NCBI GenBank assembly: GCA_963749495.1
Contig: CAVVMW010000014.1
Span: 576,001-640,000, forward strand
Source of the DNA: an uncultured bacterium
Lineage (GTDB): Bacteria > Verrucomicrobiota > Verrucomicrobiia > Limisphaerales > UBA8199
Length of the DNA stretch: 64,000 nt
Direction: 5' to 3'
Shown: in pieces, positions 10,892 to 21,080 of the stretch
Numbering within the stretch: position 1 is the stretch's first letter
Layout of the letters: the number at the start of each line of letters is the position of its first letter
Program-made: the position numbers and the translations under genes
Notes under the pieces: model-generated
What the model was told of the DNA's origin: nothing
What the model saw: only the letters and a program-made list of their open reading frames with translations
Database searches by the model: none

Positions 10892-12565
10892 TCATGCCCC
10901 CGCCATGATGGCTTCCAAGTCGTGCTTGGCGTCGCCAATGGGCTTGAGGCCAAACTTCTCGACAAGGACTTTCACGATGTCCGGTGAGAGGAAGGCTGGC
11001 AACGTGGGCCCCAGCCGGATTCCTTTGACTCCCAGATGAAGCAATGCCAGCAGCACAATCACGGCCTTCTGCTCATACCAGGCAAGGTCAAAGGAAAGAG
11101 GCAGGTCGTTGATGTCCTTCAGTCCGAAGGCTTCTTTCAGTTTCAGGGCGATTAGGACCAACGAATAAGAGTCGTTGCATTGGCCGGCGTCCAGCACGCG
11201 CGGAATCCCGCCAATCTCACCCAGCGGAAGCTTGTTGTAGCGGAACTTGGCGCAACCGGCGGTTAGGATCACGGTGTCCTTGGGCAGATTCGAGGCGACG
11301 TCCGTGTAGTATTGGCGCGTTTTGTGTCGGCCATCACAACCGGCCATGACCACGAACCGTTTGATGGCGCCGGACTTGACGGCTCCGACCACTTCGTCGG
11401 CAAGCTGAGTAACCTGATGGTGCGCAAAGCCCCCGACCAACGCGCCGCTCTCAATCGGCTTGGGCGGCGGGCAGGTCTTGGCGAGGGCGATGAGAGGAGA
11501 GAAATCCTTCGGCTGGCCATTGACGCGATCGGGGATGTGCTTTATGCCGGGGTAGCCCGTGATGCCGGTGGTGAAGATGCGGTGCTGGTAAGCATCCTTC
11601 ACCGGGATGAGGCAGTTGGTCGTCATGAGGATCGGGCCGTTGAACATCTCAAACTCACGGTCCTGTTGCCACCAGGCATTGCCATAGTTGCCGGCCAGAT
11701 GGGAGTGCTTCTTGAAGGCGGGATAGGAGTGGGCGGGCAGCATCTCGCAGTGCGTGTAGATGTCCACACCCGTCCCCTCGGTTTGTTTGAGCAGGTTTTC
11801 GAGATCGCGCAGGTCGTGGCCGGAAACGAGGATGCCAGGATTGTTCCGCACGCCCAGATTGACGCGCGTCATCTCCGGATGGCCGTAAGTTCCAGTATTG
11901 GCCTTGTCCAACAACGCCATGCCCTTGACCCCGATTTCGCCGGTTTTGAGGAGGAGGGCGGTGAGTTCGTGCGCGCTCAGCGACTGGGCCGTGGCAACCA
12001 GGGCGTGCATGAGGAACTGATAAACCTCATCGTCCTCGCAACCCAGAATGGCAGCATGATCGGCATAGGCCGACAAGCCCCGCAGGCCGTTGAGGATCAA
12101 CTCATTCAGCGCGCGAATGTTCGGATCTGCCGTGGCCAACGGTGAAACGCTTGCGCCCTTGGCTCGGAACTCCTCCACACTGTCAGCGTTCCAGATGGCC
12201 GGCGCGGGAAGCGCTTCGGCGAAATCGCGCCCCCAGCGCGAGCGATAGGCGGAGAGGACGGCCGCTTTCAGCCCTTCCCGACGCCGGATGGCTTCACGGA
12301 TCAGAGCGACGAAGCGCCGGTCATCGAAGTTGGCATTGGTGATGGTGGCAAACAGGCCCTGCGCAATGAACAAGGCGTGTTCCCGGACGATGAGTCCGAG
12401 TTTCGCGGCTTGATTGCCGAAATAGGCCAAGCCACGGAGCGCGAACACGAGGGCGTGCTGGAGTGCGGCCGTACATTGATCCTTGCCGCAAACGCCGCGC
12501 GTGGTGCAGGCGACATTTTTAGCGGCTTCCTGGCATTGGTTGCAGAACATGCTTGGTGTTTTCAT
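10892..12565 (-). CDS. hcp: Hybrid cluster protein (hydroxylamine/NO reductase), class I Cys spacing
   Basis: [17 protein letters not shown] (C-X2-C-X8-C-X5-C), [36 protein letters not shown]. Confidence 0.96.
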   Translation of the reverse strand: MKTPSMFCNQCQEAAKNVACTTRGVCGKDQCTAALQHALVFALRGLAYFGNQAAKLGLIVREHALFIAQGLFATITNANFDDRRFVALIREAIRRREGLKAAVLSAYRSRWGRDFAEALPAPAIWNADSVEEFRAKGASVSPLATADPNIRALNELILNGLRGLSAYADHAAILGCEDDEVYQFLMHALVATAQSLSAHELTALLLKTGEIGVKGMALLDKANTGTYGHPEMTRVNLGVRNNPGILVSGHDLRDLENLLKQTEGTGVDIYTHCEMLPAHSYPAFKKHSHLAGNYGNAWWQQDREFEMFNGPILMTTNCLIPVKDAYQHRIFTTGITGYPGIKHIPDRVNGQPKDFSPLIALAKTCPPPKPIESGALVGGFAHHQVTQLADEVVGAVKSGAIKRFVVMAGCDGRHKTRQYYTDVASNLPKDTVILTAGCAKFRYNKLPLGEIGGIPRVLDAGQCNDSYSLVLIALKLKEAFGLKDINDLPLSFDLAWYEQKAVIVLLALLHLGVKGIRLGPTLPAFLSPDIVKVLVEKFGLKPIGDAKHDLEAIMAGA

Positions 12566-12694
12566 ATCGTAGTAGTTATTGAGCCGCCGGGGATAGAAAA
12601 GTTACAGTCCATCCGGTTCCAGCAATTTCGCCGCAATGATTCGTGTTCCGCCTTTCTTTTCAACAAGTCAAGCAGGTGGCGTTGCATCGTGGCC

Positions 12695-13969
12695 TCAAGA
12701 TTTGCCGGTTGGCGAGGCGGGGACTTCGCCTGAACGCAGGTTTGCGAGAATGGGGCGCACGATTTCCGCAAAGGCTTGCGCGGTGGGGCTGCCGGCAAAA
12801 CGCTGGACAAAAGGCGTGCCCGCGTTGCCTGAATCCACCACCTGAGGGTCGAGTGGAACCTTTCCCAGGAACGGCACGCCCATTTCCCACGCGAGCGATT
12901 GGCCGCCGCCGGACTTGAACAAGTCGGTCGTTTTTCCGCAGTGCGGGCAGACGAAGCCGCTCATGTTCTCCACAACCCCCAGCACTTGCAGGTGGAGTTT
13001 CTCGCAGAAAGTAATGGAGCGGCGCACGTCCGCCACCGCCACGTCCTGGGGCGTGGTGACCACGATGGCGCTGGCCGTCTGGCCCACCAATTGCGCGACC
13101 GACAGAGGTTCGTCGCCCGTGCCCGGCGGCGAGTCAATCACCAGGACGTCGAGGTTGCCCCAAACGACATCTCGGAGGAACTGTTCAATGACTTTGTACT
13201 TGAGCGGTCCGCGCCACACCACGGCATCGCGCGGGCTTTGGAGCAGAAAGCCGATGGACATGACCTTGAGGTTCGGGCTGACCACTACCGGTTCGAAGGC
13301 CCCGGGTTCTGCGCTGGGGCCGCAGCTCTCGCCTTCCAGCCCCATGAGTTTCGGAATGCTCGGCCCATGAATGTCCACGTCCAGCAGGCCCACCGCGCAA
13401 CCGGCTTGCGCCAGGGACATTGCGAGGTTGGCGGCCACAGTGCTCTTGCCGACACCGCCTTTGCCCGACAGGACGAGGATTTTATGGCGAATGGCTTCCA
13501 GGCGGTCTTGCAACGCCGGATCGGCTGGGGGTTGTGGTTGCGGCTTCGACCGGCCCGCCTCAGCGGATGACGGCGCAGCCGGCTCGGCGGCGGGCGCGAT
13601 GGTCTTGCGGTATTGCTCCAAGGCGGCCTGCACCGTGTCCACGGCAAGCACCGGGCAATGTTTGTGGTCTTCGGGCAAGTTGCCGACGGCGATTCCGACC
13701 TGTTGCGGCGTCAGGCGGGCGGCTTCATCGAGGGTCTTGCCCTCGGCCAATCTGGCGGCCGTGGCGCCGCTGACGAGCGAAGCCCCGCAGCCGTCGGTGG
13801 TGAACGTGGCGCGGAGGATGCGGCCGTCGCCAATCGCCAGCCAGAATTCCATCGTGTCACCGCAGGGGCCGGTGACGCGCGCGTTGGCGTTGGCGCCTTT
13901 CAGCGGGCCAAAATTGGCCGGGAGTGATCGGACACCGGGTTGATGAAGTTTGCTGATAAGTTTTTCCAT
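12695..13969 (-). CDS. NifU_N/IscU-like scaffold fused to Mrp/NBP35 P-loop ATPase
   Basis: GPCGD..DGC..HC scaffold Cys triad; SGKGGVGKST, DVDIHGPS, DSPPGTGD, ENMSGFVCPHC. Confidence 0.9.
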   Translation of the reverse strand: MEKLISKLHQPGVRSLPANFGPLKGANANARVTGPCGDTMEFWLAIGDGRILRATFTTDGCGASLVSGATAARLAEGKTLDEAARLTPQQVGIAVGNLPEDHKHCPVLAVDTVQAALEQYRKTIAPAAEPAAPSSAEAGRSKPQPQPPADPALQDRLEAIRHKILVLSGKGGVGKSTVAANLAMSLAQAGCAVGLLDVDIHGPSIPKLMGLEGESCGPSAEPGAFEPVVVSPNLKVMSIGFLLQSPRDAVVWRGPLKYKVIEQFLRDVVWGNLDVLVIDSPPGTGDEPLSVAQLVGQTASAIVVTTPQDVAVADVRRSITFCEKLHLQVLGVVENMSGFVCPHCGKTTDLFKSGGGQSLAWEMGVPFLGKVPLDPQVVDSGNAGTPFVQRFAGSPTAQAFAEIVRPILANLRSGEVPASPTGKS

Positions 13970-14847
13970 AGTTGAGTTATTGCCGTCGCCGCCGGGCCGT
14001 GGTCATGTTCCACAACCGGTCGGGCCTGGCGCTGGGCAGCGGTCACGGCCGGGTCGTAGGGAATCCGTCCTGCAACCGTCGCGCCGAGTTCGGCAGCGCA
14101 CCGCTCCATCCGCGCCGTCATCGCCGGGTTCAAATCATGTTTGTTCACGCAGACGCAGGCCGGGATGTCAAAGTGCCGGGCCAGCGCCAGCACCCGCTCG
14201 AGGTCGTGTTCGCCCGAAGGCGTCGGTTCGGTGACCGCCAGGAGCAGGGAGGCGCCGGTGAGGGTGGCCATCACCTGACAGCCGACGCCCGGCGGACCGT
14301 CAATCAAGAGGGACCGGCGGCCAGCCTCGCGCGCCGCCTGGCGCGCCTGTTCGCGCACGAGAGCGGCCAGTTTGCCCGAATTGCCTTGGCCGGGTTGCAG
14401 ACGGGCGTGGACCAGCGGGCCAAACCGCGTTTCCGAGATAAACCATTCACCGCCGTCGGTTGTGGCTAGTTCGATGGCGTGTTCCGCGCAGTAATGGACG
14501 CAGACGCCGCAGCCTTCGCAGGCGAATGCGTCAACGCGGAACGTGCGCGGCACGCGGTCATTGGCCGGCCCGTCAGAGAAAATGGCGTCGAACCGGCACA
14601 GTTCCTCGCACTTGCCGCAGGCGGTGCAGTGGCCGGAGTTGATGCGGGCGCGCGGGCCGCCGGTAAAGGTCTCGCGCCGCCGGATGCGCGGATCCAGGAC
14701 CAGCGGCAGGTTCGAGGCGTCCACGTCGCAATCCGCCAGCGCCGGCGTTTCGGCCAAGGCGGCCAGCGAGGCAGTCACCGAGGTTTTGCCCGTGCCCCCT
14801 TTACCGCTGAGGACGACCAACTCGCAGATGGGGAAGTCGTTGCTCAT
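13900..14847 (-). CDS. MinD-superfamily P-loop ATPase with inserted 2x[4Fe-4S] ferredoxin (COG1149-like)
   Basis: SGKGGTGKT, DCDVDA, two CxxCxxCxxxC, DGPPGVGC, VTEPTPSG. Confidence 0.9.
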   Translation of the reverse strand: MSNDFPICELVVLSGKGGTGKTSVTASLAALAETPALADCDVDASNLPLVLDPRIRRRETFTGGPRARINSGHCTACGKCEELCRFDAIFSDGPANDRVPRTFRVDAFACEGCGVCVHYCAEHAIELATTDGGEWFISETRFGPLVHARLQPGQGNSGKLAALVREQARQAAREAGRRSLLIDGPPGVGCQVMATLTGASLLLAVTEPTPSGEHDLERVLALARHFDIPACVCVNKHDLNPAMTARMERCAAELGATVAGRIPYDPAVTAAQRQARPVVEHDHGPAATAITQLWKNLSANFINPVSDHSRPILAR

Positions 14848-15863
14848 GGTGACAGCAGTTCCTGGGTCGGATGGGCGTTCTCCTCCTGGTAGCGTCGGGC
14901 CGGCGAAGGTGCGGCAGAAATGCGGATCGCGCTGTCGCGCGAGTCCGGCGCGGGCGATTTACTGGCAGCGTTGATGGCCCGTTCCAAATCCGACCGGGCT
15001 TTGCGCGGCAGCGCATCCGCCTTGACGGCGGCCAGCAGCCGCAGCAGCAATTGGTCGAAAGTCCGTTTCAGTCCCGGCACCACTTCGATGGCGAGTTGTC
15101 CTTGGGAATAAGCCTTGGCAATGGCCACTACGTCGGGAATCTCCGCCAGGATCGGCGCCCCCGCCTGGCTGCACAATTCCCGCGTCTCGTTTGCTCCGGG
15201 TTGGGCGCGATTGACGACCACGCCGCAGGGCAGTTTCAATGTCTTCGCCACGTCCAGGGCCAGCCGCAAATCGTGCAGTCCGAACGGCGTCGGCTCGGTC
15301 ACCAGCAGCACGTAGTGGCAATTCCGTGCCGTTTCGATCATAGGGCAGGCCGTGCCGGGCGGGGCGTCCAGAATCGTCCAGTCCGTCGGCGGCGGGGCTT
15401 GTTTGACGGCGCGAATGACGGGCGGGCTGGCGGCTTCGCCCACGTTGAGCGTGCCGGACACGAATTGAACCCGCCCGGTGGCGCCGGTCTTCACCACACC
15501 CATCAGGTGCGACGCCTCGGTAATGGCGCCAGCGGTGCAAACCAGCGCGCACCCGCCGCAACTGTGACACAGCTCGTCATACACCAGCGTCCGGTCGGCC
15601 AGGCACACGATGGCATTGAAGCGGCAAATTTGGGCGCAGTCGCCGCAATGCAGGCACCGCTCCTGGTCCACCCGCGGGACGAGTCGGCCGACCGGGTTTT
15701 CGCGGGCTAAGTCCGGCTTCAAAAAAAGGTGGCCGTTGGGCGCTTCGACATCGCAATCCACGTAGGCCACCGTCTGGCCGTGGCGCGCGAGCGTGACGGC
15801 CAGGTTGGTGGCAACGGTGGTCTTGCCGGTGCCGCCCTTGCCGCTGGCAACGGCGAGCCTCAT
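14844..15863 (-). CDS. MinD-superfamily P-loop ATPase with inserted ferredoxin (COG1149-like), paralog
   Basis: ASGKGGTGKTT, DCDVEAPN, CLHCGDCAQIC, CHSCGGCALVC, VTEPTPFGLHDL. Confidence 0.9.
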   Translation of the reverse strand: MRLAVASGKGGTGKTTVATNLAVTLARHGQTVAYVDCDVEAPNGHLFLKPDLARENPVGRLVPRVDQERCLHCGDCAQICRFNAIVCLADRTLVYDELCHSCGGCALVCTAGAITEASHLMGVVKTGATGRVQFVSGTLNVGEAASPPVIRAVKQAPPPTDWTILDAPPGTACPMIETARNCHYVLLVTEPTPFGLHDLRLALDVAKTLKLPCGVVVNRAQPGANETRELCSQAGAPILAEIPDVVAIAKAYSQGQLAIEVVPGLKRTFDQLLLRLLAAVKADALPRKARSDLERAINAASKSPAPDSRDSAIRISAAPSPARRYQEENAHPTQELLSP

Positions 15864-17065
15864 GCGGTGTCACCAGGCTTGTCGGTCTGGGGTTTGTTTT
15901 CGTTGGGAATGTTTGAAGCTGGTGGATTCGGCTGCATCACCCCACCTCGCCTCCGGCCGCGGCCAAAACCCCGGCCGCGACCCTGGCCACGGCCTGGGCC
16001 GCCCTGGCCTCGACCGCCACCCCAGCCGCGGCGCTGACTGCCGCCGCAAGGTCCCATGCCCTTGCCGCTTGCCGGACCCTGTCCCAGCGGTCCGGTTCCA
16101 TCGCCCATTGGTGTCATAACTTTGTCCTTCCGTTTACGATTGTTTTCCGTGGTGGAATTGAGTTCCCGCGCCTCGGTTGGAGGCGGGGCGGCGACACGGC
16201 TCGCCGTCTCGGGAACATTGCGGTGCAAGACCAGGCTCCCGACCGCCTGGCCGATGTGCCGGGCCACCACGGCACACTTGACCTTAAAGAGGAAGAAAAT
16301 GTTTTTCCCGCAGCCATCCAGCGACTCGAAATTCGCCTGGCCCTTGGCGATAATCAGGTCGGCGCAGGCAAACCGCCGCTGAAACTCCGGGCTGCAGGCG
16401 TCGAGCACGATGCCGGCCCCATCGCTGCCGTTGTCCGTCACCATGACCAACCCGTCCAAACCGGCAACTTGGGCGTCTGCCAGCAAGGCATCATTCATGG
16501 CCGGCCCGCCCTTGACCACGACGGTGATTTTCTCGCGCGGCAGCAGTTCGAGCAACAGCCGGTCGAAGACCAACTCGCCGGCGTTGTCGGCCAGGAACAA
16601 AATGTCGGTGGCGCCTCCCGCTGCGGCCAAGAGCTCTTCTACATTCCCCTTGAGCGGCGCCGCAAACGAGGCTTCCAGCGCAGCCGGGATTTGCTCCGCC
16701 GTCAGATCGCCTTTGATGCCAAAGTCAATGACATTGGCGGCGATGGCGAGTTTTACTGCGGCTGCGCTTGGGTTGTCCGCGGCCCGCAGCCGCTCGCGCC
16801 AGCCGGGCAACAGCGCCAGCGCGAGCCGGTTGGATTCCTGTTTGATTCCCAAGTAAGGGTCTGGTTGCCCCGTCAACTCGCGGACCAGCCGGTGAATGAA
16901 CAGGCCAAAACGGGCCGGCGCCTGGGCGAGATCCGCGCGGCTGGCGCGCCGGAGCACCTCGCGCAAAATCCGCTCGTGAACCTGGTGGTCGGCGGTCGCC
17001 AGTCGCGCAACGTTCAGGCCCTGCGACACGAAACAAGGGATGCAATCCAGCGCGCTTTTCATCAC
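15860..17065 (-). CDS. DUF89/ARMT1-like damage-control phosphatase with an in-frame C-terminal DUF5320-like Gly/Arg-rich segment
   Basis: CIPC, DPY..K, ANVID, DNAGE..D, NDA, KGQANFES, KC; then MGDGTGPLGQGPASGKGMGPC..GRGRGFGRG. Confidence 0.85.
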   Translation of the reverse strand: MMKSALDCIPCFVSQGLNVARLATADHQVHERILREVLRRASRADLAQAPARFGLFIHRLVRELTGQPDPYLGIKQESNRLALALLPGWRERLRAADNPSAAAVKLAIAANVIDFGIKGDLTAEQIPAALEASFAAPLKGNVEELLAAAGGATDILFLADNAGELVFDRLLLELLPREKITVVVKGGPAMNDALLADAQVAGLDGLVMVTDNGSDGAGIVLDACSPEFQRRFACADLIIAKGQANFESLDGCGKNIFFLFKVKCAVVARHIGQAVGSLVLHRNVPETASRVAAPPPTEARELNSTTENNRKRKDKVMTPMGDGTGPLGQGPASGKGMGPCGGSQRRGWGGGRGQGGPGRGQGRGRGFGRGRRRGGVMQPNPPASNIPNENKPQTDKPGDTA

Positions 17066-17421
17066 CAGTGCCCTCGCACGTCCGGCTGGGACAGCGCCCG
17101 GAGTTGGCCGGCCAGAAAGGACTGGACGGCCTGCTCCACCGTGCCGCCGTCCACGGCATACACCTGGATGTTGGCGGCCTGGAGAGCGCTCCAGGCCTTG
17201 GGACCGACATGGCCGGTGATGACGGCCTGAACGCCCAGGCGCGCCAGGCTCTGGCCGGCCTGGACTCCCGCTCCCTGAACAGCGTTCACTCCCTCGGCGT
17301 TGTCCACCGCCATTTGCTGCCCCGTTTCGGTGTCCACGGTCCGGAAAAAGCGCGCCCGGCCGAAGCGAAGATCCACTGGCGAATCCAGGTCCGGTCCTTG
17401 GGTGGTAATGGCCAGTTTCAT
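17062..17421 (-). CDS. NifB/NifX (MTH1175/ORP-like) family protein
   Basis: MKLAIT..RFGRARFF..GAGVQAGQ..VITGHVGPKA. Confidence 0.88.
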   Translation of the reverse strand: MKLAITTQGPDLDSPVDLRFGRARFFRTVDTETGQQMAVDNAEGVNAVQGAGVQAGQSLARLGVQAVITGHVGPKAWSALQAANIQVYAVDGGTVEQAVQSFLAGQLRALSQPDVRGHW

Positions 17422-17780
17422 GAGCAACCGGTGTGTTCGTGGTTGTGGCCGCACGTCGGGGTTTGGCCGTCCAGCGCGCCGTTCAAAAACGCCCGTGCCA
17501 CGTTCTCCGGCGTGTCGCCCATTGCGCCGGCGTGGACCGCGATGCCGTTTTGGGCGAACAAATCCAGCGCGCGCCGGCCCATGCCCCCGGCGATGACCAC
17601 CTGGACGCCTTGTTCGTGCAGCCAGCGGGGCAACAAGCCAGGCTCGTGTGGCGGCGGGACCGCCAGGGTTTGGGCGAGGAGTTGCTTGGATGCGGGGTCA
17701 GCCTCGATCAGGGCAAATTGTTCGCAATGGCCGAAATGCTCGGACAAGCGGCCAGCGGTCAGGGGAATGGCAATTTTCAT
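17418..17780 (-). CDS. NifB/NifX family protein
   Basis: MKIAIP..HFGHCEQF..PPHEPGLLP..IAGGMG..TCGH. Confidence 0.9.
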   Translation of the reverse strand: MKIAIPLTAGRLSEHFGHCEQFALIEADPASKQLLAQTLAVPPPHEPGLLPRWLHEQGVQVVIAGGMGRRALDLFAQNGIAVHAGAMGDTPENVARAFLNGALDGQTPTCGHNHEHTGCS

Positions 17781-17946
17781 GATTCTATTATTGTTTGTTA
17801 TGTTTCATCAAAAAGGATTGGAATGTTCTAGCTATTGGATTTCAGACTCAGGGTTCGCGGACGACTCAATGCTGCAACCTGGAGGTGGCGCGGTGGGCAT
17901 CACCGGCTTATAGTCAATCCACGCGTTCTGAAAGGCGTGACTTAGG

Positions 17947-18510
17947 TTAGCGCCTACGCCAGCCAGCCCACATGGGGACTCCATTTTCATCCCTGAGTTT
18001 TAGAATCCCATCCCCCTTCTTCACTTCGGCGGCAATCAGAACGGGTTTGCCGTCCAGAGCAAGCCGGGAGCCGGTAATCTCGATTTTGTCCTTGGGTTCG
18101 ACTTGCGCTTCCTGATTATCGAGATACCAACTTGGTCCCAGATGCACCGAAATGGTTTCTTTTTCGGTTTTCAACAGGAGATACACCACAGAACTCATGC
18201 CCTTGACTGGCGTGAGCTTTTCCACGCTCATGACCTCTCCTCTGACCGTTTCAACAGTCTTCAGGTCATACACCCTGCCACACTGGCTGTTCGCAGTCCA
18301 GCAACCCGCACCCTGGCAACCGGCGCCGTGAGACCCCCCGCCTTGGCAATCGGCACCCTGGCAACCGGCACCGTGAGACACCGCGCCTTGGCAACCCGCG
18401 CCATGCCAGGCAGCGCCATGATGATGGTCTCCGCATTGAGCCTGCGCCTGAACTGCGGCCAGAGCGCCAGCGATTACTAATGCGCCAATCAACTTCGTGA
18501 TCGTTTTCAT
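17947..18510 (-). CDS. Secreted OB-fold-like protein with an N-terminal His/Cys/Gly repeat tract
   Basis: Signal peptide (AQA); C-terminal YD..TVETVRGEV..VHLGPSWYL..ITGSR..LRDENGVPMW domain. Confidence 0.7.
   Translation of the reverse strand: MKTITKLIGALVIAGALAAVQAQAQCGDHHHGAAWHGAGCQGAVSHGAGCQGADCQGGGSHGAGCQGAGCWTANSQCGRVYDLKTVETVRGEVMSVEKLTPVKGMSSVVYLLLKTEKETISVHLGPSWYLDNQEAQVEPKDKIEITGSRLALDGKPVLIAAEVKKGDGILKLRDENGVPMWAGWRRR
18301..18420. repeat. Imperfect 15-bp tandem repeat encoding GAGCQ/GAxSH units
   Basis: Repeated ccctggcaaccggc/ccttggcaa units; protein HGAGCQGAVSHGAGCQGADCQGGGSHGAGCQGAGC. Confidence 0.8.
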
Positions 18511-18534
18511 CGTTCTTTTTTTCTCTTTATGAGT

Positions 18535-19853
18535 TCATTGGGAAGCCTCGCCCGGCTGGAAGGAATGATGTTTGTCCGCCTCCAAGCCGGAGATGATTCC
18601 GCGCACAACATGGTCAAACGCGCGGGCCGAGGAATTCTCGGAAAAGCGGTTCGCGAAGGGCTTTCCGATGTCGCCGGATTCGACAATTTCCGGATCGAGC
18701 GGGATGCTGCCAAGAAACCTCACCTTCATTTCCCGGGCCAGCTTCTTGCCGCCCCCCATCTTGAAGAGCGGCTCGGTCTCGCCGCACCTCGGGCAGACGT
18801 AGCCGCTCATGTTCTCCACAATCCCGATCACGGGCAGGCCGACCTGTTGGCAAAAGACAATCGAACGGCGCACGTCGGCCACCGCAACTTGCTGCGGAGT
18901 GGTGACGACGACGGCGCCAGCCGGCCGCCCGACCAACTGGGCCACGGCCAGCGGTTCGTCCCCAGTCCCCGGCGGAGAATCCACGATCAAGAAATCCAAG
19001 TCGCCCCACTCGACCCCGCCGAGCAGCTCCTGAATCGCTTTGTATTTCATGGGGCCGCGCCAGATAACGGCATCGCGCGCGCCATTGAGAAGGAAACCCA
19101 GCGACATGACGCTTACGCCCGAGGGGCCGCAGACAGGGTGGAGGGCTTGGCCATCAAATTCCGGCGCGCTTTCCTCCAAACCGAGCAGCTTGGGAATGCT
19201 GGGACCATGAATATCCACGTCCAACAGGCCAACGCGCATGCCGGCGGCAGCCAGAGCGATGCCCAGGTTGGCGGCGATAGTGCTTTTCCCCACGCCGCCT
19301 TTCCCCGAAAGTACCAGGAGTTTAAGAGCAATCCGGCCCAGGCGTGTCTGCAAAACGCCGCTTTCTTTCCCCGCAACTTCCGGACCTTTTTTGGAGGCGG
19401 GATGGTGTTCTGCTTGCTCCAGGTGCTCAGAGGCTGCGCGCAAGCTGGTTGAGTCGGGGCCTTGTCAGCACTGGGTTTGGGACCGTATTGCTCTATGGCA
19501 GCCTGGAGAGTCTTCAGCGCCAGAACCGGGCAATGCTTGTGGTCCATGGGGAGCCCGCCAACCGCATCCTCCACCTCTTGCGCGGTCAACCGGCCAGCCT
19601 CATCCAATGTCCTTCCAGCAGCCAGCCGGGCGGCCATGGCCCCGCTGAGGATGGAAGCCTTGCAGCCATCCGTTGTGAAGTTCGCCTGCAAAATCCGTTC
19701 ATTTTCGACCCAAAGCCAGAATTCCATCGTGTCGCCACAAGGCCCAAGGACGCGCGCATTGGCATTGGCGCCTTTGAGCGGGCCAAAGTTGGCGGGGAGC
19801 TCGCGCACCGCAATATTGGGTTTGCCTGGCGTAAGTCCTTTGCGCGTTTTCAT
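18535..19853 (-). CDS. Second NifU_N-Mrp/NBP35 fusion (frameshift in the linker, about 19330-19465)
   Basis: LPANFGPLKGANANARV.GPCGDTMEFWL nearly identical to the first copy; Mrp motifs in ORF 18535..19443. Confidence 0.85.
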
Positions 19854-19917
19854 GGTAACATCGCTTGGCTCCGAAGGGGTAAGGCGTTTCTTTGAAATCC
19901 TCTCCGCAATCTCCCAT

Positions 19918-20327
19918 TCAAGAATGCAGGCGGCGGGACAACCTGGCCCGCCGCCTGCACCGCTGCATCCCGTCTGGCACACCCCACCGTCGTGCGCAGC
20001 AGCCGGGCATAATGAATTCCGGACTATTCAACCTCCCAGCCCGATAGGCGGCGACCACCGCCTCGATTTCCCCGCAAACTTGCGCCAGGACCTTAATCCC
20101 CGCGCGCTCGACCGCGACCTGGAGCCCTGCGATATGCCGCCGCAAATCAGCAGGTTGATCCCCAACTCGCGCAAGCCACTGACCATGCCATCGGGCTGTC
20201 TCTCAAAAAGCACCACCTCCCGGCGCTCCACCTCGGCTGCGTCTTTGAGGCGCACCACGAGCAACCGCGCCGCCACGTCGAACACGGGCGACACACGGCC
20301 CTGGCAATTGGGAACCGCAATCAGCAC
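19918..20327 (-). CDS. NifB/NifX family protein (frameshift near 20125)
   Basis: RVSPVFDVA..LICGGIS then GIKVL..GEIEAVVAAYRAGRL..MPGCC; joined by one extra G in a G run. Confidence 0.82.
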
Positions 20328-20338
20328 ACCCCCCTTGA

Positions 20339-20355
20339 CGCGACTTTCATGCCAA
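20339..20355 (-). promoter_or_regulatory. Putative sigma54 -24/-12 promoter
   Basis: TTGGCATGAAAGTCGCG (GG-N10-GC) just upstream of the first gene of the minus-strand run. Confidence 0.6.
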
Positions 20356-20442
20356 CCGTGGATTACCTGTTGAAGGAAGCGAGATTTGCCTTGAAATCAG
20401 GGCTGGCGCGCCGATGTCGATCCGCGCCGGTTCCATGAAATG

Positions 20443-20489
20443 CGTTGCAAATTGCAACGAACGGCTGAGACAACCGTTGCAACCTGCGA
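20443..20489. promoter_or_regulatory. Paired enhancer-binding-protein sites (TTGCA-N3-TGCRA, 32 bp apart)
   Basis: Perfect palindrome CGTTGCAAATTGCAACG 20443-20459 and TTGCAACCTGCGA 20477-20489. Confidence 0.7.
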
Positions 20490-20568
20490 GCCTTGCGTTT
20501 ACGTTCCTCCGGCCTTGACTCGCCGGTTGGCGGAGTTATAGCGCCAGAGTTGCAGCCGGATCGGCCGC

Positions 20569-20883
20569 TCAAAGCCCCTGGTTCGGGAGTTTCTCAGAAC
20601 GCGGTTTTTCCGATCTGAGCCGATCCTTGGCCTGCTGGATCATCTCTACCAGGCTCAGCACCTTGGGTGGAGGAGGAGCGGCGCTGGCGCGTTCGACCTG
20701 GGCCATGGCCTCCTCAGGGAGATGCGCCTGCAGGAACGCCCGCACGTCGAAACGTTCCCACCAGCAGTCCAGAATCAGACGGCAGGGCTTACCCCCCGTT
20801 TCTTGCCGGCAATATCCGAAAGCCACTTCGTGGCCGAGGCGGCGGCAACGCAGCAGGACATCATGGTCGTGTTCGTTCAACAT
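20569..20883 (-). CDS. Small Cys-rich hypothetical protein
   Basis: RCRRLGHEVAFGYCR..PCRLILDCWWERFD..PKVLSLVEMI. Confidence 0.65.
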   Translation of the reverse strand: MLNEHDHDVLLRCRRLGHEVAFGYCRQETGGKPCRLILDCWWERFDVRAFLQAHLPEEAMAQVERASAAPPPPKVLSLVEMIQQAKDRLRSEKPRSEKLPNQGL

Positions 20884-21080
20884 AAGCCCGATCTTATCGT
20901 AAGGTGGACTGGAAGACAACCACCCAAGGACATCCAGACATCCACGAACACGATCAACGCGACACCTCTATCAAACGGCCACGCGGCGCCGGCCACGCTT
21001 GCTCATGGCCATCTGCAACGCGAGGGTTTTAGTCTGTAACCCCCGGCAGCGCATCAGGAGGCTGCCGTTTGCTTTCCGAT

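Noticed and set aside
12566..12694. FNR/HcpR box or sigma54 promoter upstream of hcp
   Set aside because: TTGAC-N4-TGAAA is a poor half match, and the GG..GC spacing is 13, not 10
18301..18420. CRISPR array
   Set aside because: Short in-frame coding repeat with no unique spacers and no cas genes
17062..20327. Nitrogen fixation genes (NifB/NifX, NifU domains)
   Set aside because: No nifHDK or radical-SAM NifB; these small domains fit the Orp/MTH1175 context
21044..21075. Rho-independent terminator CGGCAGC..GCTGCCG
   Set aside because: The weak T tract is on the strand opposite to the adjacent gene end
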